Part shown: piece by piece, positions 29,951 through 39,375 of the stretch
How positions within the stretch are numbered: position 1 is the first letter of the stretch
Layout of the letters: each line of letters starts with the position of its first letter
Assembly (NCBI GenBank): GCA_948562205.1
Contig: CAOYAN010000002.1
Location: forward strand, 42,660 to 106,659
DNA length: 64,000 nt
Direction: 5' to 3'
DNA from: an uncultured Clostridia bacterium
GTDB lineage: Bacteria > Bacillota > Clostridia > TANB77 > CAG-465
Translations under genes and position numbers: made by a program
Notes under the pieces: generated by a model
The model's database searches: none
What the model saw: the letters and a program-made list of their open reading frames with translations, nothing else
Told to the model about the DNA's origin: nothing

Positions 29951-30509
29951 TTTGAAAATAAATATTGAAGAAAAACCTAAATCTAATATAAAAAGTGGAA
30001 TAATTATTAAGTCAAAAGAGGACATATATAATATGTCAGAAATACAAGAAATAAAAAATGCAATACAAGAGTACCTTATTTTAATTGGGATGAATAATAG
30101 AAATGAAGTAAGAAATGTAAATCTTATTGGTATAGGAAAAAGTAATTTAATACATTTAGACAGTAAAGATATTATCAGAACAGCATTGATAAATGCTTCA
30201 GATAAAGTAATAATGGTGCATAATCATCCCTCAAATAATACAGAGCCTAGTAGTGCAGATAAACATATTACAAATGTTACAAGTAAAATGTTAGAAGTAT
30301 TTAATGTAAAGTTATTAGATCATATTATAGTAACAGACACAGAATGTGTTAGTATGAAAGAATTGGAAAAAATAAACGAGAATTATGAAGATAATAAACT
30401 TGGATTGCTAGATAAAGGTATTTTGTTAGAAGAAAATATTAGATTAAAGGAAAAATTGAAAAAAAATAATAAAAGTAGAAAAATGAAAATGGAAGAAAGG
30501 GAAATATAA
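29943..30509 (+). CDS. RadC-like JAB/MPN-domain protein
   Basis: JAMM motif ...DKVIMVHNHPSNNTEPSSADKHIT... Confidence 0.7.
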   Translation: MNDLKINIEEKPKSNIKSGIIIKSKEDIYNMSEIQEIKNAIQEYLILIGMNNRNEVRNVNLIGIGKSNLIHLDSKDIIRTALINASDKVIMVHNHPSNNTEPSSADKHITNVTSKMLEVFNVKLLDHIIVTDTECVSMKELEKINENYEDNKLGLLDKGILLEENIRLKEKLKKNNKSRKMKMEEREI

Positions 30510-30575
30510 ATAAAAGGAGGAGATTTTATTTGAATAATAAAATATTAAGAACTTTATATTTTCTAGGTGTTGTAA

Positions 30576-31496
30576 ATGGAAAATAAATATAGTACTGAAG
30601 AATATAAAAAGATAAAAGATAAAGAAAGAGAAGATTTAAAAGATACTCTAAATCAAGGAATAAAAGATGCCTTAAATTCTGAAAGATATAAAAACTTTCT
30701 TAATATAATGAGTAGATGTCATAATTATAGTTTTACTAATTCGCTACTTATATCACTACAAAATGAAAATGCTACACTTGTTAAATCTTTTACTGATTGG
30801 AAGAAAGACAAGGTTAGCATAAATAAGAATGAAAAAGGAATAAAAATATTTTGTCCTGTAAAACAAGTTTTTGTAGAATACCAAAAAGATGATAAAGGTA
30901 GAGTAGCATTAGATGAAAAAGGGGAAAAAATAGAAAAAGGAAAAACTGAAAGAACTACTTTTAAAGTGGGGAGAGTATTTGATATTTCTCAGACTAATGC
31001 TGATAGAGAAAAATACGAATTAAAAAAAGAGAGTGATGAAAAAATTTTAAATAAGGATCAAATAATATCAACTTTAGAAAAAGTTAGCGGAATAAAAATT
31101 AACTTTAAAAATAGTTTAGGTAGAGCAAATGGATTATTTTACCCTGAACAGCAAAAAATCGAAATAAGAGCTAATATGGGAGATATAAAAACTATTTCAA
31201 CCTGTGTTCACGAAGTTGCACACTCATTACTTCATAATAAAAATAGTAAATTAAATTTGTCTAAAGAGCAAAAAGAATTTGAGGCGGAAAGTGTAGCTTA
31301 TGTTGTATGTAAAAACTTAAATGTAGATTCTAAGGAAAATAACTTTTTATATTTAGCTAACTGGGTAGGTAAAGAAGATATATCTGATTTTAAAGATTCA
31401 TTAGATAGAATACAAAAGACAAGTAATGATATTTTAAAATATTTTGAGAAAGAAAATAGTAAGAAATTTGAAAAACAAGTACAAAACGAGATGTAA
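30576..31496 (+). CDS. ArdC-like antirestriction protein (N-terminal ssDNA-binding domain + HExxH metalloprotease-like domain)
   Basis: N-domain NYSFTNSLLISLQNENATLVKSFTDWKK; C-domain CVHEVAHSLLH. Confidence 0.65.
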   Translation: MENKYSTEEYKKIKDKEREDLKDTLNQGIKDALNSERYKNFLNIMSRCHNYSFTNSLLISLQNENATLVKSFTDWKKDKVSINKNEKGIKIFCPVKQVFVEYQKDDKGRVALDEKGEKIEKGKTERTTFKVGRVFDISQTNADREKYELKKESDEKILNKDQIISTLEKVSGIKINFKNSLGRANGLFYPEQQKIEIRANMGDIKTISTCVHEVAHSLLHNKNSKLNLSKEQKEFEAESVAYVVCKNLNVDSKENNFLYLANWVGKEDISDFKDSLDRIQKTSNDILKYFEKENSKKFEKQVQNEM

Positions 31497-31583
31497 GTTT
31501 TTTGAAGGACAAGATTCGCAAATGTCGGCAAAATGCCACCATTTACATCTTGTTAGGAAAATTTCCTAAGACCTTTTTAGGAG

Positions 31584-31877
31584 GTGGATATGAAAAAAAT
31601 AACAATACGAGTAACAGATGAGATGAACGACAAATTATTAAATGAATCTAAAAAACTTAATATAAGTAAGAATGCATATATAAATATTTTGTTTACTAAA
31701 AGAAAAGTAAATATATTTGATGGAAAAAAAGATATATTGTTAGAGCTAAATAGAATAGGTAATAATTTAAATCAGTTAACAAAACTTGCAAACTCTCATA
31801 TTATTAATGTTGTAGATTTAAAAGATATAAAAAGTGAGTTAAAAAATATATGGCAATTTTTAAGTGCATTAAAGTAA
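31584..31877 (+). CDS. mobC: MobC-family mobilisation (relaxosome accessory) protein
   Basis: RHH-like N-terminus followed by the NRIGNNLNQLTKLAN signature of MobC proteins. Confidence 0.65.
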   Translation: MDMKKITIRVTDEMNDKLLNESKKLNISKNAYINILFTKRKVNIFDGKKDILLELNRIGNNLNQLTKLANSHIINVVDLKDIKSELKNIWQFLSALK

Positions 31878-32758
31878 AAAAATACAATCTTGGAGAATTG
31901 CTGAAGTATGTTACTAGAGTTGATAAAACAAAAGATGAATTAGTATATGCGAAAGATTGTAGTGTGGAAACAGCAAAATATGAATTTGAGTTTGTAAAGA
32001 AGTTATACAATAAGAAAGATAAAAGACAATATTATCATTTTGCACAATCATTTAGTCCTGAAGATAAAATAACACCACAACTTGCACATCAAATTGGAAA
32101 AGAAATGTTAAAGTGTTTTGATGGGTTTCAAGTAGTGATGGGAACACATATTGATAAAGAACATTTGCACAATCATTTTGTTATAAATAGTGTGAGTTTT
32201 GAAAATGGACTGAAGTATCATCAAAGTAAAAAAGATTTAGAAAATATAAAAATACTTTCTAACGAACTTTGCAAAAAGTATAATTTAAGAACTATAAAAA
32301 TTGAAGCAGGAAAATGTAGTAAATATATGGACAAAAATGAATGTCATATAACAAATAAAACAGAAACTGAAAAGCAAAAGCTAATTAAATCAATAAGCAA
32401 GTGTATTAAGTCCTCTAAATCAAAAGAACAATTTATATTTAAAATGAATGAGTTAGGTTACAAGGTAAAGTGGCAAGATACAAGAAAGTATATAACATAT
32501 ACAACACCTGATGGTATGAAGTTTAGAGATAAAAGATTACACAATGTTAAATATACAAAAGAAAGAATGGAAATATATTTTGATAAATTATCAAAAAGAA
32601 ATAAGGTAAAAAATACAATTATTGGAGTTAGTTCAATAAATAAAGATACAAGTAATAAACAAAAAGATGGTTTAGATACAAAAGAATATTCAGATATAGC
32701 AAAAAAAGATTATATTAAGAAAAATGAAAATGCAAGTAGCATTGAATGGGAGGAGTAA
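31850..32758 (+). CDS. relaxase/mobilisation nuclease (MobA/VirD2-type, PF03432-like)
   Basis: YYHFAQSFSPED motif and the histidine cluster HIDKEHLHNHFVIN (HxDxxHxHxH...N). Confidence 0.7.
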   Translation: MAIFKCIKVKKYNLGELLKYVTRVDKTKDELVYAKDCSVETAKYEFEFVKKLYNKKDKRQYYHFAQSFSPEDKITPQLAHQIGKEMLKCFDGFQVVMGTHIDKEHLHNHFVINSVSFENGLKYHQSKKDLENIKILSNELCKKYNLRTIKIEAGKCSKYMDKNECHITNKTETEKQKLIKSISKCIKSSKSKEQFIFKMNELGYKVKWQDTRKYITYTTPDGMKFRDKRLHNVKYTKERMEIYFDKLSKRNKVKNTIIGVSSINKDTSNKQKDGLDTKEYSDIAKKDYIKKNENASSIEWEE

Positions 32759-32761
32759 TAT

Positions 32762-33100
32762 ATGAGTAGAGATTATATGATTACTATTTTAAAAAGACCA
32801 AACAAGCCTCCTGAAATTATAAAAATACCTAAAAAATTAAAAAATATGGCTAAATTAGTTGATGGTATTGTAGAAGAAATTAGATATGAAAAAGTAATAG
32901 TAGTATACAATAGAAATCAAGATGATTTTAAATTAAAAAGAAATAAAGTTTTTAAGGATTTAACATTGAAAGGGAACATACTTATTGTAGGAAACTATGA
33001 AGAAGAGGGAGATATTAGATCATTAAAGAAAAAAGAAATAGTAGAATATATGAGAAAAATCAAATATAAACAAAAGGAAGTCCAAAATGAAGTTGAATAG
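32762..33100 (+). CDS. DUF3846-like small protein (paralog of 29594..29950)
   Basis: See the paralog at 29594..29950. Confidence 0.4.
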   Translation: MSRDYMITILKRPNKPPEIIKIPKKLKNMAKLVDGIVEEIRYEKVIVVYNRNQDDFKLKRNKVFKDLTLKGNILIVGNYEEEGDIRSLKKKEIVEYMRKIKYKQKEVQNEVE

Positions 33101-34928
33101 AAAAGTAATAGCTTTCTTTATATGTACAATTTTAATATTACCTTTTTCGATGTATATAGGATATTACTTAAATTCTATGTTAGTATCTAAGGATATTACA
33201 TTTGAATTTGTTGAAATATTAAAAAGTTTAACAAATGGTAAGATATTAAGTTTAATATTTTGTATTCAAGCATTATTTATGATGCTGTTTTTTATGCTCA
33301 TTTTTGCACAAAAATATGGAATGTATAAAGCAAATACAGAAATGATTACAACTAATATTTCTATTCCAAAACATTACGGTCAAGGACAATATGGAACTAG
33401 TAGATTTGCAACAAATAAAGAATTTGATAGAACATATACTAAATTAAAGTTTAATAAAAATCAAGATTATTTATCACAGTCAATATCTAATGGTGGAGTA
33501 GTTGTAAAACATAATTCTAAAAGAGATTATGAAGAAATTAGTGTAGTATCAGATAATAAACATTTAATTTGTTTAGGTAATACAGGAGCAGGTAAAACGA
33601 GAAGAATACTTATAGAAAGTTTATGCATTTTAGGACTTTCAGGAGAGAGTATTATAGTTTCAGATCCTAAAGGAGAATTATATCAAATGACATCACAATT
33701 CTTTAACAAATTAGGTTATGAAGTGAATGTAATAGATTTTAAAACTCCTAAAAAATCTAATAAGTACAACTTTTTACAACCTATAATAAATGCAATTCAA
33801 AATGATGATATAAAAAGAGCAGAAGATTTGACTTGGGATTTAGTAGAAAATATAGTACAAAAAACTAATTCTAATTCTGATCCTTTATGGGAGAATGGAG
33901 AAAAAAGCATTATAGCAGGTAGTATAATGACAGTACTATTAGAAAACAAAAATAATAGAGATTATCAGAATTTAACCAATGTTTATAGCTTTATATCTAA
34001 TATGTGTCAATCAGATGAAAATGGCTTTATGCCTTTAACAGAGTATATAGAGAATTTACCTGATGAAAACCCAGCAAAAAAGATTTTTTCTATTTCAACA
34101 ATAGCTCCTGAAAAAACAAGGAGTTCTTTTTTTACTTCAGCACTTTCAACACTAAGATTATTTAGTAGTAATAGTATTTATACGATGACAAATGATAGTG
34201 ATTTTAGATTAGAAGATATAGGAGAAAAGAAATGTATAAGATATATTATTCTACCCGATGAAAGAACTACATTTTATACACTTGCTACATTATTTGTTAG
34301 TCAACAATATCAAGCATTAGTTAATTTAGCAGATAGTAGAGGTGGAAAACTTAAAGTTAGAAATAACTTTATTTTAGAAGAATTTGGTAACTTTACTAAA
34401 ATTGCTAATTTTGAAAATATGCTAACAGTCAGCCGTGGAAGAAATATAAGATTTAGTATGTTTTTACAATCTTTTTCTCAACTTGAAACAAAGTATTCAA
34501 AGACAGTAGCACAAAATATTATGGATAATGCACAAGTATGGATTTATCTTAGAACTTCAAGCTATGAAACAGCAGAGATAATAAGTAAAAAATTAGGAAG
34601 TTACACAGTTTCAGTAAATAGTCAAAGTAATTCAGTAAGTAGAAATAGTGATAATATAAGTGAATCTATGAATCTTATAGGAAGAAATTTACTTACACCT
34701 GATGAAGTATTAAGATTTGAAAGTCCTTATGCTTTGGTATTGCAATCAGGTTATTTTTCGGCAAAAACTGAGATACCTGATTTATCTAAATGGCAGTTTA
34801 ATAAAGTACTAGGACTTGGAGATGAAGAAGAAAATAGAATAATAAGAGAGAAAACAGAAAATGAAAGAAAAGTTTTAGAAGAAGAGAAAATAAAACTTTG
34901 GAAAATATGGGAAGATTACAAGTATTAA
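33087..34928 (+). CDS. type IV secretion coupling protein (VirD4/TraG family ATPase)
   Basis: Two N-terminal TM helices; Walker A LGNTGAGKTRR; a Walker B-like acidic stretch; TraG/TraD-type C-terminal region. Confidence 0.75.
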   Translation: MKLNRKVIAFFICTILILPFSMYIGYYLNSMLVSKDITFEFVEILKSLTNGKILSLIFCIQALFMMLFFMLIFAQKYGMYKANTEMITTNISIPKHYGQGQYGTSRFATNKEFDRTYTKLKFNKNQDYLSQSISNGGVVVKHNSKRDYEEISVVSDNKHLICLGNTGAGKTRRILIESLCILGLSGESIIVSDPKGELYQMTSQFFNKLGYEVNVIDFKTPKKSNKYNFLQPIINAIQNDDIKRAEDLTWDLVENIVQKTNSNSDPLWENGEKSIIAGSIMTVLLENKNNRDYQNLTNVYSFISNMCQSDENGFMPLTEYIENLPDENPAKKIFSISTIAPEKTRSSFFTSALSTLRLFSSNSIYTMTNDSDFRLEDIGEKKCIRYIILPDERTTFYTLATLFVSQQYQALVNLADSRGGKLKVRNNFILEEFGNFTKIANFENMLTVSRGRNIRFSMFLQSFSQLETKYSKTVAQNIMDNAQVWIYLRTSSYETAEIISKKLGSYTVSVNSQSNSVSRNSDNISESMNLIGRNLLTPDEVLRFESPYALVLQSGYFSAKTEIPDLSKWQFNKVLGLGDEEENRIIREKTENERKVLEEEKIKLWKIWEDYKY

Positions 34929-34941
34929 GGAGGGATAATCT

Positions 34942-35190
34942 ATGGATTTAAATAGTTCAATATTAGTTACAGGAACAATAAAACTACTAAATGATTTAAT
35001 AACATCACTTACTGGTATATCAATACTTGTTGCAACTGTTATGGGAATATATTATTTAGCAAGAAAATCATCTTGTGATGAGCAGGAAGGTAAAATGCTT
35101 ACAAGAAGATTATTTGTAGCAATAGGATGTTGTGTACTAATAACAATTATAAAAGTTTTAATACAAGTAATTACAAGTTATTATACATAG
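34942..35190 (+). CDS. small membrane protein (T4SS-associated)
   Basis: 82 aa with two TM segments, positioned between the coupling-protein gene and the VirB6-like gene. Confidence 0.3.
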   Translation: MDLNSSILVTGTIKLLNDLITSLTGISILVATVMGIYYLARKSSCDEQEGKMLTRRLFVAIGCCVLITIIKVLIQVITSYYT

Positions 35191-35199
35191 GAGAAAATA

Positions 35200-36042
35200 A
35201 TGGAAAAGTTACTTACAAATTTATTTATTTCAATAATAAAATCAGCAGATAATACAATAAATTATGCTTTTGAAAATATGGTAAAAATTTGTTTTAATGC
35301 AGAAGAATATTTAACAGAGTTGTTATCTATACAAGTTTTAGATTTTACTATGTTAAAGTCTGTTATTAGAAATTTTGCAATAGCACTTATTATTCTAAAA
35401 TTTATAAAAAAGGGAGTTGAAATGTATCTTACTTGGACTGAGGGAAGTTCAGATACACCAATTCATATATATGTCTTATACTTTATACGAAGTATGGTAC
35501 TAATTTTAGTATTTCCATTTGTATATGATATTTTTGTAAATATTGGTACTGACTTTGCAAATCAATTACTTACAAGCTTAAATTTATCGTATCAAGAAGG
35601 ACTAACAGCGAATTTAGCTACAATATCAGCAGTTGGACTTAATACAGCAATACTTGGATTAATAGAACTGATAATGCTAATTCTACTTTATATACAAATG
35701 CTTATGCGAGGTGTAGAAATGTTTGTACTTAAACTTAGTTTTCCTATATTTTGTGTTGGATTATTAGATAGCAATAAAGGTGTATTTGTACCTTTTATAA
35801 AAAAGTTTTTACAATGTACTTTTACAGTCATAATTCAAATTATTCTTGCAAAAATAGATATACTACTCTTATCATCTTCACAATTAATAATGGGGATAGC
35901 AGTATTACTTGTTGCACTTAGAACACCTAAATTTTTACAGGAATTTATGCTTGTAGCAGGTAATGGATCAAGTGGAATTTCAAATGCAGTTTTAACAACA
36001 TCAAAAGTAATTGAACTTAAAGGACAAATAACTAAAAAATAA
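35200..36042 (+). CDS. polytopic membrane protein, VirB6/TrbL-like
   Basis: At least five hydrophobic segments; position and size match VirB6-type channel subunits of Tn1549/Tn916-family elements. Confidence 0.45.
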   Translation: MEKLLTNLFISIIKSADNTINYAFENMVKICFNAEEYLTELLSIQVLDFTMLKSVIRNFAIALIILKFIKKGVEMYLTWTEGSSDTPIHIYVLYFIRSMVLILVFPFVYDIFVNIGTDFANQLLTSLNLSYQEGLTANLATISAVGLNTAILGLIELIMLILLYIQMLMRGVEMFVLKLSFPIFCVGLLDSNKGVFVPFIKKFLQCTFTVIIQIILAKIDILLLSSSQLIMGIAVLLVALRTPKFLQEFMLVAGNGSSGISNAVLTTSKVIELKGQITKK

Positions 36043-36251
36043 TGTATGTAATATATGAAATTATTTCTATACTTAGAGTATGGATTATTCCACTTGGCGT
36101 AACACTAAGGTGTATATATTGCTTAATTCAAATAATATATAATGAAGATGAAAGAAAAGTAAATACTAAAAGAATGATTAATGCTATACTATTTTTGATA
36201 GTATCAGAGGTTGTATTTGTAATTCAGGATATAATTGAATATTATTATTAA
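36042..36251 (+). CDS. small membrane protein
   Basis: 69 aa with two TM segments. Confidence 0.25.
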   Translation: MYVIYEIISILRVWIIPLGVTLRCIYCLIQIIYNEDERKVNTKRMINAILFLIVSEVVFVIQDIIEYYY

Positions 36252-36299
36252 ATATGATATTATAATATAAATAATAATTTGTTGAGGCGAAGTGAGAAT

Positions 36300-38162
36300 A
36301 TGAATTACAAAAAATATTTAATAGATAATGAATATCTAATGAGAGAATGGAATTATGAAAAAAATGTTGGATTAGATCCTAAACTATTAACTCTTAAAAG
36401 TCATAAAAAAATATGGTGGAAATGTAAAAACGGTCATGAATGGCAAGTAAGCATAGATAGCAGAAGCAAAGGGACAAGATGCCCTTATTGTAGTAATAGA
36501 CGAGTTCTAAAAGGTTATAATGATCTTGCTACTATTAATCCACAACTTGCAAAAGAATGGAATTATGAAAAAAATGGTTACTTAAAACCAGATATGGTTG
36601 TTGCAAATAACGGAAAAAAAGTATGGTGGAAATGTAGTAAGAATCATGAATGGGAAGCAACTATAATTAGTAGAAATAGAGGGGCAGGTTGTCCCTATTG
36701 TACAAATCAAAAAATATTAAGTAAATATAATGATTTAGAAACATTAAATCCACAACTTGCAAAGGAATGGAACTATGAAAAAAATGGTGATTTAAAACCA
36801 GATATGGTTGCTGTAAATAGTATTAAAAAAGTATGGTGGAAATGCAGTAAGGGTCATGAATGGGAAGCACTTGTATATAGTCGCAATAATGGAAATGATT
36901 GTCCAATTTGTTCAAAAGAATTACAAACTTCTTTTCCAGAGCAAGCAATTTATTTTTATATAAAAAAGTTATTTCCAGATGCAATAAATGGAGATCGTCA
37001 TTTGAAAATGGAATTGGATATTTTTATTCCATCTCAAAAAGTTGCTATTGAATATGATGGAATATTTTGGCATAAAAATTCTAAAAGTGATGAAAGAAAA
37101 AATAGCCTTTGTAAGAAACATAAGATAATTCTATTTAGAGTAAAAGAAAATATAAAAAAAGAAAGCTTAGAAAATGATTATTTAAAAATTATCCCTTGTT
37201 CATATTCAGACCAAGGAATTGAACACGCAATAAAATATATAGTGAACTATTTAGGTAAAAATATAGATATAAATTTAAATAGAGATCGTTCTTCAATATA
37301 TGAATCTTTTGTAATGACTCAAAAAGTTCAATCATTAATGCATAGTAATCCACAACTTGCAAAGGAATGGAATTATGAAAAAAACGGTGATTTAAAACCA
37401 GACATGGTTACAGTAAATAGTGGTAAAAAAGTTTGGTGGATATGTCATAAAGGTCATGAATGGCAAGCAATAATTAGAAATCGAAATTATGGAAATGATT
37501 GCCCAATTTGTGCAAGTCAAAAAGAACTTAAAGGATATAATGATCTTGTTACAATTAATCCATTACTTGCAAAAGAATGGAACTATGAAAAAAACGGTGA
37601 TTTAAAACCAGATATGGTTATGGCAAATAGTGGCAAAAAAGTATGGTGGAAATGTAGTAAGAATCATGAATGGGAAGCAATTATTAGTAGTAGAAATAAA
37701 GGTGCTGAATGCCCTTATTGTTCAGGCAGAAAAAGAATTGTTGGACATAATGATCTTGCTACTATTAATCCACAACTTACAAAAGAATGGAATTATGAAA
37801 AAAATGGTGATTTAAAACCTAATGTAGTATCAATAAATAGTAAGCTAAAAGTATGGTGGAAATGTAGTAAGAATCATGAATGGGAAGCAAGCATTATTAA
37901 TAGAAATAGAGGAACTGGTTGTCCTTATTGTTCAGGTAGAAAAGCAATTATTGGCTATAATGATCTTGTTACTATTAATCCACAACTTGCAAAAGAATGG
38001 AATTATGAAAAAAATGGTGATTTAAAACCAGATATGGTTATGGCGAATAGCGGTAAAAAGGTTTGGTGGAAATGTGAAAAATGTGGATATGAATGGGAAA
38101 CAAAAATATATAATAGGTCTTATGGTAGAGGATGTCCAACTTGTAAAAAAAACAAGCACTAA
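36300..38162 (+). CDS. zinc-ribbon repeat protein (7 x ~70-aa CxxC...CxxC repeats) with embedded Vsr/DUF559-like PD-(D/E)xK nuclease-fold domain
   Basis: Seven copies of EWNYEKNGDLKPDMV..NSGKKVWWKCSKNHEWEA.I.SRN.G..CPYCS. Between repeats 3 and 4 sits ...MELDIFIPSQKVAIEYDGIFWHKNSKSDERKN..., resembling the E-x-D...AIEYDG..WH core of Vsr/DUF559 endonuclease-like domains. Confidence 0.6.
   Translation: MNYKKYLIDNEYLMREWNYEKNVGLDPKLLTLKSHKKIWWKCKNGHEWQVSIDSRSKGTRCPYCSNRRVLKGYNDLATINPQLAKEWNYEKNGYLKPDMVVANNGKKVWWKCSKNHEWEATIISRNRGAGCPYCTNQKILSKYNDLETLNPQLAKEWNYEKNGDLKPDMVAVNSIKKVWWKCSKGHEWEALVYSRNNGNDCPICSKELQTSFPEQAIYFYIKKLFPDAINGDRHLKMELDIFIPSQKVAIEYDGIFWHKNSKSDERKNSLCKKHKIILFRVKENIKKESLENDYLKIIPCSYSDQGIEHAIKYIVNYLGKNIDINLNRDRSSIYESFVMTQKVQSLMHSNPQLAKEWNYEKNGDLKPDMVTVNSGKKVWWICHKGHEWQAIIRNRNYGNDCPICASQKELKGYNDLVTINPLLAKEWNYEKNGDLKPDMVMANSGKKVWWKCSKNHEWEAIISSRNKGAECPYCSGRKRIVGHNDLATINPQLTKEWNYEKNGDLKPNVVSINSKLKVWWKCSKNHEWEASIINRNRGTGCPYCSGRKAIIGYNDLVTINPQLAKEWNYEKNGDLKPDMVMANSGKKVWWKCEKCGYEWETKIYNRSYGRGCPTCKKNKH
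36345..38162 (+). repeat. 210-bp tandem coding repeats (copies starting ~36345, 36555, 36765, 37365, 37575, 37785, 37995)
   Basis: The unit ...ccacaacttgcaaaagaatggaattatgaaaaaaatggtgatttaaaaccagatatggtt... recurs with a 210-nt period. Confidence 0.85.
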
Positions 38163-38172
38163 ATAGCATATA

Positions 38173-38406
38173 TTGAATAATTACCAATTACAATTTGTAG
38201 AATTGGAGGTATCTATGAAAAAGGAAAAAATATTTAGAGTTTTAACACTTGTCTTTACAATTTTAACATTTATAGGCGCATTTTATGTGCTTATCAATAA
38301 AGGACAAGTAAATGCAGGATATGCTGTAATACCTAGTTTGTTTAATGTCATTTTTTCGCAATTAAGCATTGCTGAGAGAAATAAGAATAATGAGAACAAA
38401 GAATAA
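38173..38406 (+). CDS. small membrane protein
   Basis: 77 aa with two TM segments. Confidence 0.25.
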   Translation: MNNYQLQFVELEVSMKKEKIFRVLTLVFTILTFIGAFYVLINKGQVNAGYAVIPSLFNVIFSQLSIAERNKNNENKE

Positions 38407-38476
38407 TTAAACAAATTAAAATTTATAGAGAAGATACAATAAAAAAGTATCTTCTTTTTTTATTTAAGGAGGAGTT

Positions 38477-38788
38477 ATGAACAAAGAAGATAAAGTATAT
38501 GTACCTAAAAATGTTAAGAAGCAATTAGAATTTTTTAGGGGATTTGGAGTAAAAGAATTGATAATAATATTAATAGTAGGAATTATAAGTATTATACCAA
38601 CAATCTTATTATATAAGTATGGACATCAAGCATTTGCACTAACGTTATTTTTAGTTACTGTTGCTACTACAATTATGCTAGTGATAAAAGATGAGAATAA
38701 TGTATCTTTTTTACAACAACTAAAACTTGTATGTAAGAGTATATTTATGCAGAAAAATTTTAAATATGGGAAGAGAAACAAAAGATGA
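38477..38788 (+). CDS. small membrane protein (PrgI/TcpD-like position)
   Basis: 103 aa with two TM segments, immediately upstream of the VirB4 module. Confidence 0.3.
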   Translation: MNKEDKVYVPKNVKKQLEFFRGFGVKELIIILIVGIISIIPTILLYKYGHQAFALTLFLVTVATTIMLVIKDENNVSFLQQLKLVCKSIFMQKNFKYGKRNKR

Positions 38789-39375
38789 ATATACTAGAAA
38801 AAATATTTGGAAATAATACTTTAAGTTGTGATGAAGAACTAAATATTTTAGATATAGAAGATGATATTTTTTATTCACTAGATAATAAAGCCTCAATTTA
38901 TATTAAAGTAGAACCTATACCTTTTGAATATTTAAGTAGTAATGAAAAAAGTATTGTAGTAAAAAGATTAACTAGAGAACTTGCAGGAGAAAGAGATGTT
39001 ATAAAAATTATAACTATGTCTTTACCTATATCAACAGCAGAGGTAGATAAATATTTAGATGAAAAGAGAAACAGTGCTAAAAGTTCTTTTAAAAGAAGTA
39101 TGTTACTTAAACAAATAGATGATATAAATAAGTTAAGTTATAGAGGAGAAATGATCGAAAAACAAGTTATAATTCAGTTATTCCAAAATAGTGTTGATAA
39201 TGTGGACGAAAAACTTCAAAAAAGGGCTAAAGAGTTTGTTATTAAATTACAAAATGCGGGTATAAATAGTCATATTCTAAATAAACTAGAAATAATAAAA
39301 TTATTTAATTCCTTTCTTAATATGAGTTTAAAAGAAGAACATATAAATGATGTTTGGAGTGATTATGATGAATAG
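38785..39375 (+). CDS. hypothetical protein (T4SS-associated)
   Basis: Translationally coupled to its neighbours; no motif. Confidence 0.3.
   Translation: MNILEKIFGNNTLSCDEELNILDIEDDIFYSLDNKASIYIKVEPIPFEYLSSNEKSIVVKRLTRELAGERDVIKIITMSLPISTAEVDKYLDEKRNSAKSSFKRSMLLKQIDDINKLSYRGEMIEKQVIIQLFQNSVDNVDEKLQKRAKEFVIKLQNAGINSHILNKLEIIKLFNSFLNMSLKEEHINDVWSDYDE

Noticed and set aside
36345-38162. Regular 210-bp tandem repeats considered as a possible CRISPR-like or satellite array
   Set aside because: The repeats are in-frame protein repeats (Zn-ribbon modules) within one long ORF. There are no short direct repeats with unique spacers and no cas genes.
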